NCBI GenBank assembly: GCA_045596925.1
Contig: JAZODH010000004.1
Span: 1 to 56,941, forward strand
Reading direction: 5' to 3'
Source of the DNA: Eubacteriales bacterium
GTDB taxonomy: Bacteria > Bacillota > Clostridia > Oscillospirales > CAG-272
Length of the DNA stretch: 56,941 bases
Made by a program: the position numbers and the translations under genes. This document shows, piece by piece, positions 52,061 through 56,941 of this stretch. The stretch's first letter is position 1; every line of letters begins with the position of its first letter. A model generated the notes under the pieces. The model made no database searches. It was not told where the DNA came from and saw nothing but the letters and a program-made list of their open reading frames with translations.

Positions 52061-53698
52061 ATGAAGAAGACGATCATAGCTATTATCGCAGTTCTTTTGA
52101 TTTTCATTCCCACGTATATCGCCATCGCCAACTACATTGCCACCAACAATGCGCCGATTACAGCGAAGTACGTTGAGAAGGTGAAGATCAGCTACGACGA
52201 GGAAAATGTTTTTGAGATAATCAAAAAGGACAGTCCCGACGATGTTGCGGCGGTCATTGCTTTAAGTGAAAACGCTACCCCCATATCCGAGCTTCCCGAG
52301 CCCCTCAAGGATGAAAAATTCTTCATGGTAACATTCTACAGCGGAAGCGTAACCGAGGAATGTAAGTATTATCTCAAACTGAACGGCGACCAGAGCTACT
52401 ACGTGAGCGCAAAGGGTGAGGGCTACAAGCTCAGAAACGAGGATGTTCTGAAGTTCCTCGCTACCCCTTACGCCAACTTCCTCTACGTCACAAGTGAGGA
52501 CGTTACCCTGCCTCTTCTCTACACGGCGGCGGGAACCGAACAGATCATTCCCGCATCGGTTGAATGGACGTACAATGCAGACGGTGAAAATCCCGTTGCA
52601 ATAAAGGGATTCAAGACTACCAATGAGATCATCTCCTACGATATGGAGGGTGGAATCTCACTTGATTTTGCAGCCCCCGCAGACGATTACGACGTTATCG
52701 TCCTGGACAAGGATTCAAACGAGATCTTTAAACAGCAGGGTGTCACCGATCTTTCCGAAATCGCGCTGGGCGATAACGGCACTGTTACGCTCATGATCAC
52801 CGCCCACTGGTACGAGGACGAATCAAGAGCTTACCACGGAAACGCTACCTACAATTTCAAGGCCGCGCTTCTGGCAGGTGCCGAGTTCTATCTGGGTGAG
52901 ACAACGATAGACCGCGGTGATTTCGTTACAATCACAGGCTACAACGTATCCGATCCCTCCCGCGTGACCTTCACAAGCGAACCTGACATCGGATTTACCC
53001 CCACCTTCTACCGCGACGGTGACAAGGTAGTGGCTCTCGTTCCGATCAAGGCCGAGCTTGAACACAAGTCATATCAGTTTACCCTGTCCTACGGTTCTGT
53101 CTCTCAGCCCATCACCCTTGAGATCGGCACGAAGAAATTCGGCAACAAGACACACACCATGAGCGAGCTGGTAGCTACGAACAGACGCTCCGAAGAGGCA
53201 ATGGCAGAGTTTGACAAGATCTATGCCGAGCTGTGTGCCGAAAGCTCTGAAACAAAGTATTTCGACGGCATTTTCATCGACTACGAGCCCAAGCCCGACG
53301 GTATCGGTCTTGCGACCATCGTTTGCGGTTTCGGTCATATGCGTACAATTTCTTCCACAAAGGAAAGCTACAGAAACATCGGCGTTGACTTCAAGTGCAA
53401 CGCAGGAATCGATCTTCCCGCCTGCAATAACGGAAAGGTCGTTTACGCGGACCAGACGGTCTTTGGCGGAAAGATGGTAGTCATCGACCACGGATTTGGT
53501 CTTAAGACCTGGTATCTGCACCTTGATTCTATCAACGTAAAGGTCGGAGACGAGGTCAAGACAAACGACATCATCGGAAAATCCGGAAAGACGGGCTTTA
53601 CCGAGACCAACGGCGTTTACACAATTATGACGGTCGGAGACGTTCCCGTTTGTCCCTACGGTCCTTGGGAAAGCGGAGTTATTATCCACAGCAAATAA
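52061..53698 (+). CDS. M23-family metallopeptidase (peptidoglycan endopeptidase) with a large N-terminal domain
   Basis: An N-terminal TM anchor. The C-terminal VVIDHGFGLKTWYLHLDSINVKVGDEVKTNDIIGKSGKTG is the LytM/M23 signature. The ATG at 52061 follows AGGAG. Confidence 0.85.
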   Translation: MKKTIIAIIAVLLIFIPTYIAIANYIATNNAPITAKYVEKVKISYDEENVFEIIKKDSPDDVAAVIALSENATPISELPEPLKDEKFFMVTFYSGSVTEECKYYLKLNGDQSYYVSAKGEGYKLRNEDVLKFLATPYANFLYVTSEDVTLPLLYTAAGTEQIIPASVEWTYNADGENPVAIKGFKTTNEIISYDMEGGISLDFAAPADDYDVIVLDKDSNEIFKQQGVTDLSEIALGDNGTVTLMITAHWYEDESRAYHGNATYNFKAALLAGAEFYLGETTIDRGDFVTITGYNVSDPSRVTFTSEPDIGFTPTFYRDGDKVVALVPIKAELEHKSYQFTLSYGSVSQPITLEIGTKKFGNKTHTMSELVATNRRSEEAMAEFDKIYAELCAESSETKYFDGIFIDYEPKPDGIGLATIVCGFGHMRTISSTKESYRNIGVDFKCNAGIDLPACNNGKVVYADQTVFGGKMVVIDHGFGLKTWYLHLDSINVKVGDEVKTNDIIGKSGKTGFTETNGVYTIMTVGDVPVCPYGPWESGVIIHSK

Positions 53699-53705
53699 TC
53701 AGACA

Positions 53706-53742
53706 TAAAAAAAGCCGATGCGGATTTCCGCATCGGCTTTTC
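53706..53742. terminator. Bidirectional terminator hairpin
   Basis: AAAAAAAGCCGATGCGGA-TT-TCCGCATCGGCTTTT between convergent genes. Confidence 0.7.
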
Positions 53743-53757
53743 TTATGTAGTCTTTTA

Positions 53758-55110
53758 TTAAACGTGGCCCTGCCACTTCATTGCGTTGTAGACCTTTTCA
53801 AAGCCTGCAATGTTAGCACCTGAAACCAGGTCGCCGTCCATGCCGTACTTCTTAGCAGCCTCAAAGGAGTTCTTGAAGATGTTCGCCATGATCTGCTTGA
53901 GCTTGGCGTCGATCTCTTCCTCTGTCCAGCTGTAACGCATGGAGTTCTGGCTCATCTCAAGACCGGAAACGGATACGCCGCCTGCGTTAACTGCCTTGGA
54001 GGGAGCAATGATAACACCGTTCTCACGGAGATATGCAACTGCATCTGCAGTTGTGGGCATATTGGAAACCTCAGCATAGTACTTAACACCGTTTGCAACG
54101 ATCTTCTTTGCGTCCTCGAGCTTGACCTCGTTCTGAGTTGCGCAAGGCATTGCGATGTCAACCTTCTGTCCCCAGGGCTTCTCGCCTGCAAAGAAAGGAA
54201 CGCCGAACTTATCTGCGTAATCCTGAACCTTGTCGCGTCCGGACGCGCGCATTTCAAGCATATAGTTGATCTTTTCCTCGGTGTTGATACCGTCAGCATC
54301 GTAAACATAGCCGTCAGGACCGGAGATAGCAACTACCTTACCGCCAAGCTCTGTAACCTTCTTAACGGTACCCCATGCAACGTTACCAAAGCCGGAAACA
54401 GCAAAGGTCTTGCCCTTGATGTCGTCGCCAAAGGACTTGAGCATCTCAACAACGTAGTAAACCGCGCCGTAGCCTGTTGCCTCGGGACGGATAAGAGAAC
54501 CGCCCGATGCCAGTGCCTTACCTGTAAGAACGCCTGTGAACTCGTTGCGAAGTCTCTTGTACTGACCGAACATATAACCGATCTCGCGTGCGCCGACACC
54601 CAGGTCGCCTGCGGGAACGTCGGTGTCAGCACCGATGTGCTTTGAAAGCTCTGTCATGAAGCTCTGGCAGAAGCGCATTACCTCGGCATCACTTTTGCCA
54701 CGGGGGTCGAAATCGGCACCACCCTTACCGCCGCCCATGGGGAGGCCTGTAAGGCTGTTCTTAAAGGTCTGCTCAAAGCCCAGGAACTTCATAATGGAAG
54801 CATTAACTGTGGGATGGAAACGAAGTCCTCCCTTGTAAGGACCGATAGCAGAGTTGAACTGAACTCTGTAACCGCGGTTGACCTGGGGCTTGCCGTTATC
54901 GTCTACCCACGGAACTCTGAACATGATCAGGCGCTCAGGCTCGACCATTCTTTCGATCACGCCGGACTTTTCGATCTCGGGATCCTTCTCGAGCACAGGC
55001 TCAAGGGATTCAAGAACCTCCGCAACAGCCTGGAGAAATTCGGGCTGATCGGGGTCTCTCTTTTCTACGCTTGCATAAACTTCTGCAAGGTACTTGTTCT
55101 TAAAATTCAT
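53758..55110 (-). CDS. gdhA: NADP-specific glutamate dehydrogenase
   Basis: 450 aa. Motifs: KGGLRFHP, LPMGGGKGG, the GFGNVAWG Rossmann motif, and the C-terminus GANIAGFEKVYNAMKWQG. Confidence 0.95.
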   Translation of the reverse strand: MNFKNKYLAEVYASVEKRDPDQPEFLQAVAEVLESLEPVLEKDPEIEKSGVIERMVEPERLIMFRVPWVDDNGKPQVNRGYRVQFNSAIGPYKGGLRFHPTVNASIMKFLGFEQTFKNSLTGLPMGGGKGGADFDPRGKSDAEVMRFCQSFMTELSKHIGADTDVPAGDLGVGAREIGYMFGQYKRLRNEFTGVLTGKALASGGSLIRPEATGYGAVYYVVEMLKSFGDDIKGKTFAVSGFGNVAWGTVKKVTELGGKVVAISGPDGYVYDADGINTEEKINYMLEMRASGRDKVQDYADKFGVPFFAGEKPWGQKVDIAMPCATQNEVKLEDAKKIVANGVKYYAEVSNMPTTADAVAYLRENGVIIAPSKAVNAGGVSVSGLEMSQNSMRYSWTEEEIDAKLKQIMANIFKNSFEAAKKYGMDGDLVSGANIAGFEKVYNAMKWQGHV

Positions 55111-55193
55111 ATTTTCATTCCCCTTTCCGGAATTTTAGATAAAATTAACCTTTTTTGAAAGAAATATTTTTTCTATTGCAATTTTATACAGAT

Positions 55194-55222
55194 ATTTTAA
55201 TACAAGAATCGACAAATGTCAA
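55194..55222 (-). promoter_or_regulatory. Promoter for gdhA (TTGACA-17-TAAAAT)
   Basis: -35 at 55222-55217 and -10 at 55199-55194 on the minus strand; about 80-nt leader. Confidence 0.55.
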
Positions 55223-55331
55223 GGATTTTCTGTATAAAAATACAGATTTTCTAAAATATTGTAACAATTTACAAATACTCGCCCTCTGAAGACGGATTTT
55301 TGTTTTTTCTAATTACTCCTTGGCGACGGCA

Positions 55332-56941
55332 TCAAAGCTTTTTAAGCTTTGCGTAGGTCGCCATAAGCTTTTTGGTGCCGACGCGGTCGAAGATGATCTC
55401 GTAAAGGGTGTCCGCTCCCATGGGAGTCACTTTCATGATCTCGCCCTCGCCGAAGGTCATGTGCATTACCCTGTCACCCTCTGTAAATGTCTGCACCGAG
55501 CCTGTGGCAGCAGGTCTTGTAAATATCTGCTTGCCGACGGTAATACTTCCGCCCGTGCTCGGTGTAACCGCGCGTCTCTGTGCGTATCCCACCGTGTTCG
55601 AGGGGATCTGATACTGAACGGGCTTTTCCTTTTCAGTCAGCTTCTCGGGTATCTCCTCGAGGAAGCGTGAGCAGGGGTTGTACTGGGTTCTGCCGTAAAG
55701 CAAACGGCTTCTTGCGTGTGTTATGTAAAGCTTTTCACGGGCACGGGTAATGGCAACGTACGCCAGACGACGTTCCTCCTCCAGCTCACTCGTATCAAGT
55801 ATCGACTGCATTCCCGGGAAGATGCCGTCCTCCATTCCGGGCAGGAAAACAACGGGAAATTCAAGTCCCTTTGCGGAGTGAATGGTCATAAGCACCACCG
55901 CGTCCGCCGTGTCGTCGTAACGGTCAACGTCGGCAACGAGGGCGTTTTCCTCAAGGAAGCCCGTCAGCGTCGGCTCCTCGTTTGCCTGGGAATATTCGAT
56001 GACGCCCGAAATAAATTCCTCAAGGTTTTCAAGGCGCTCCGCCTCCTCCTCGCCCGCATCGATGAGCATTTGACGGTAGCCCGTTCTGTCCAGGGTCTGA
56101 TTTACGAGCACCTCCAAGGAGACCTCGCCAACAAGGCTTGACAGGTGGTTTATAACGTCGGTAAATTCCCGAAGTCTGGACACGTAATTGCCAAGTGCCG
56201 TGTAGTTTGCCGACTTTTCGCAGACCTCAAACAGGCTCATACCCTCGGCGTCCGCGATCTCAATGATAGCCTCGATAGCCTTGGGACCGATCTTGCGTTT
56301 TGGCTCGTTGATGATTCGCAAAAAACGCTCTCTGTCCGCGTGATTGTTTATGAGCTGGAGATATGCCACGATGTCGCGGATCTCTTTTCTGTCCGCGAAT
56401 CTCGTTCCCCCCAGCACTCTATAAGGCACGCCGCTTTTCGCAAGTCCGCGTTCAATGGTGTTGGATTGGGCGTTCACGCGGTAAAGCACCGCAAAGTCCT
56501 TATAAGAATGCTCGTGCTTTGCAACGGCGGAGTTTACCGTGTCGATGATAAATCGAGCCTCAGCGTTCTGGTCGTCAAGCTGTCTTACGTGGATAAGATC
56601 ACCCTCGCCCTTTGAAGTCCACAGGGTCTTACCCTTGCGCCCCGAATTGTTCTTTATGACGTGGTTTGCCGCGTCCAGAATGTTCTGAGTGGATCGGTAA
56701 TTCTGCTCCAGGCGAATGACCCTTGCATCGCGGTAAGTACGGTCGAAATCAAGGATATTTTCAATAGTTGCGCCACGGAATTTATAGATACTCTGGTCGT
56801 CATCACCTACTACCATAAGGTTGCGCCGTCCGTCGGAGAGGAGAGACGTCAGCACAAACTGAGCCTTGTTCGTGTCTTGGTACTCGTCCACGCAAACGTA
56901 TTTGAATTTGCTCTGATAATACTGCCGAACGTCCTCAAAAT
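55332..56941 (-). CDS. pcrA: ATP-dependent DNA helicase PcrA/UvrD (3' portion; the 5' end lies beyond the right window edge)
   Basis: The frame is open to the window edge. It has DEYQDTN (motif II), VGDDDQSIYKFRGA, TIHSAKGLEFPVVFL, YVAITRAREKLY and a C-terminal Tudor-like tail. Confidence 0.9.
   Translation of the reverse strand, partial: FEDVRQYYQSKFKYVCVDEYQDTNKAQFVLTSLLSDGRRNLMVVGDDDQSIYKFRGATIENILDFDRTYRDARVIRLEQNYRSTQNILDAANHVIKNNSGRKGKTLWTSKGEGDLIHVRQLDDQNAEARFIIDTVNSAVAKHEHSYKDFAVLYRVNAQSNTIERGLAKSGVPYRVLGGTRFADRKEIRDIVAYLQLINNHADRERFLRIINEPKRKIGPKAIEAIIEIADAEGMSLFEVCEKSANYTALGNYVSRLREFTDVINHLSSLVGEVSLEVLVNQTLDRTGYRQMLIDAGEEEAERLENLEEFISGVIEYSQANEEPTLTGFLEENALVADVDRYDDTADAVVLMTIHSAKGLEFPVVFLPGMEDGIFPGMQSILDTSELEEERRLAYVAITRAREKLYITHARSRLLYGRTQYNPCSRFLEEIPEKLTEKEKPVQYQIPSNTVGYAQRRAVTPSTGGSITVGKQIFTRPAATGSVQTFTEGDRVMHMTFGEGEIMKVTPMGADTLYEIIFDRVGTKKLMATYAKLKKL

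Overview
Chromosomal window from a Firmicutes/Clostridia-like organism (sporulation-type pdaA, ylm-sepF-divIVA cluster, roughly mid-range GC).

- (1) 1-5.3 kb: a type II CRISPR-Cas9 locus. The array has at least 10 identical 36-bp repeats and runs off the left edge. It is followed by cas2 and cas9, with a divergently transcribed tracrRNA. cas9 abuts cas2 directly (TGATG overlap) and no cas1/csn2/cas4 is present.
- (2) 5.4-15.2 kb: an eight-gene minus-strand carbohydrate catabolic locus. It encodes an FGGY kinase, DUF4867, IolB-like, PfkB kinase, class II aldolase, Fe-S protein, FAD oxidase and a fucose-isomerase-like protein, with a divergent RpiR regulator.
- (3) 15-36.6 kb: housekeeping genes. 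These are a Xer-type recombinase, MATE, two polysaccharide deacetylases, a VTC/DUF4956 pair, GTP-PEPCK, miaA, the ylmE-sepF-yggT-ylmH-divIVA cluster, ileS, lspA, rluD and a NahK-like kinase.
- (4) 36.7-37.0 kb: divergent tRNA-Arg(CCG) and tRNA-Gln(CTG).
- (5) 37.2-51.1 kb: the most unusual part, a tandem minus-strand array of five paralogous lipoprotein genes.
  - They share a GH49-like (dextranase-type) beta-sandwich plus beta-helix core and modular N-termini.
  - All five carry a conserved GDN in place of the canonical DD catalytic pair.
  - One copy is N-terminally deleted and frameshifted but keeps its promoter, RBS and signal peptide.
- (6) 51.2-56.9 kb: a nested palindromic REP/MITE-like element, a small membrane protein, an M23 peptidase, gdhA and the 3' part of pcrA.

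Many long ORFs in the track are codon-phase mirror images of real genes and were rejected. All functional calls come from reading the translated ORFs and from motif recall; no database search was run.
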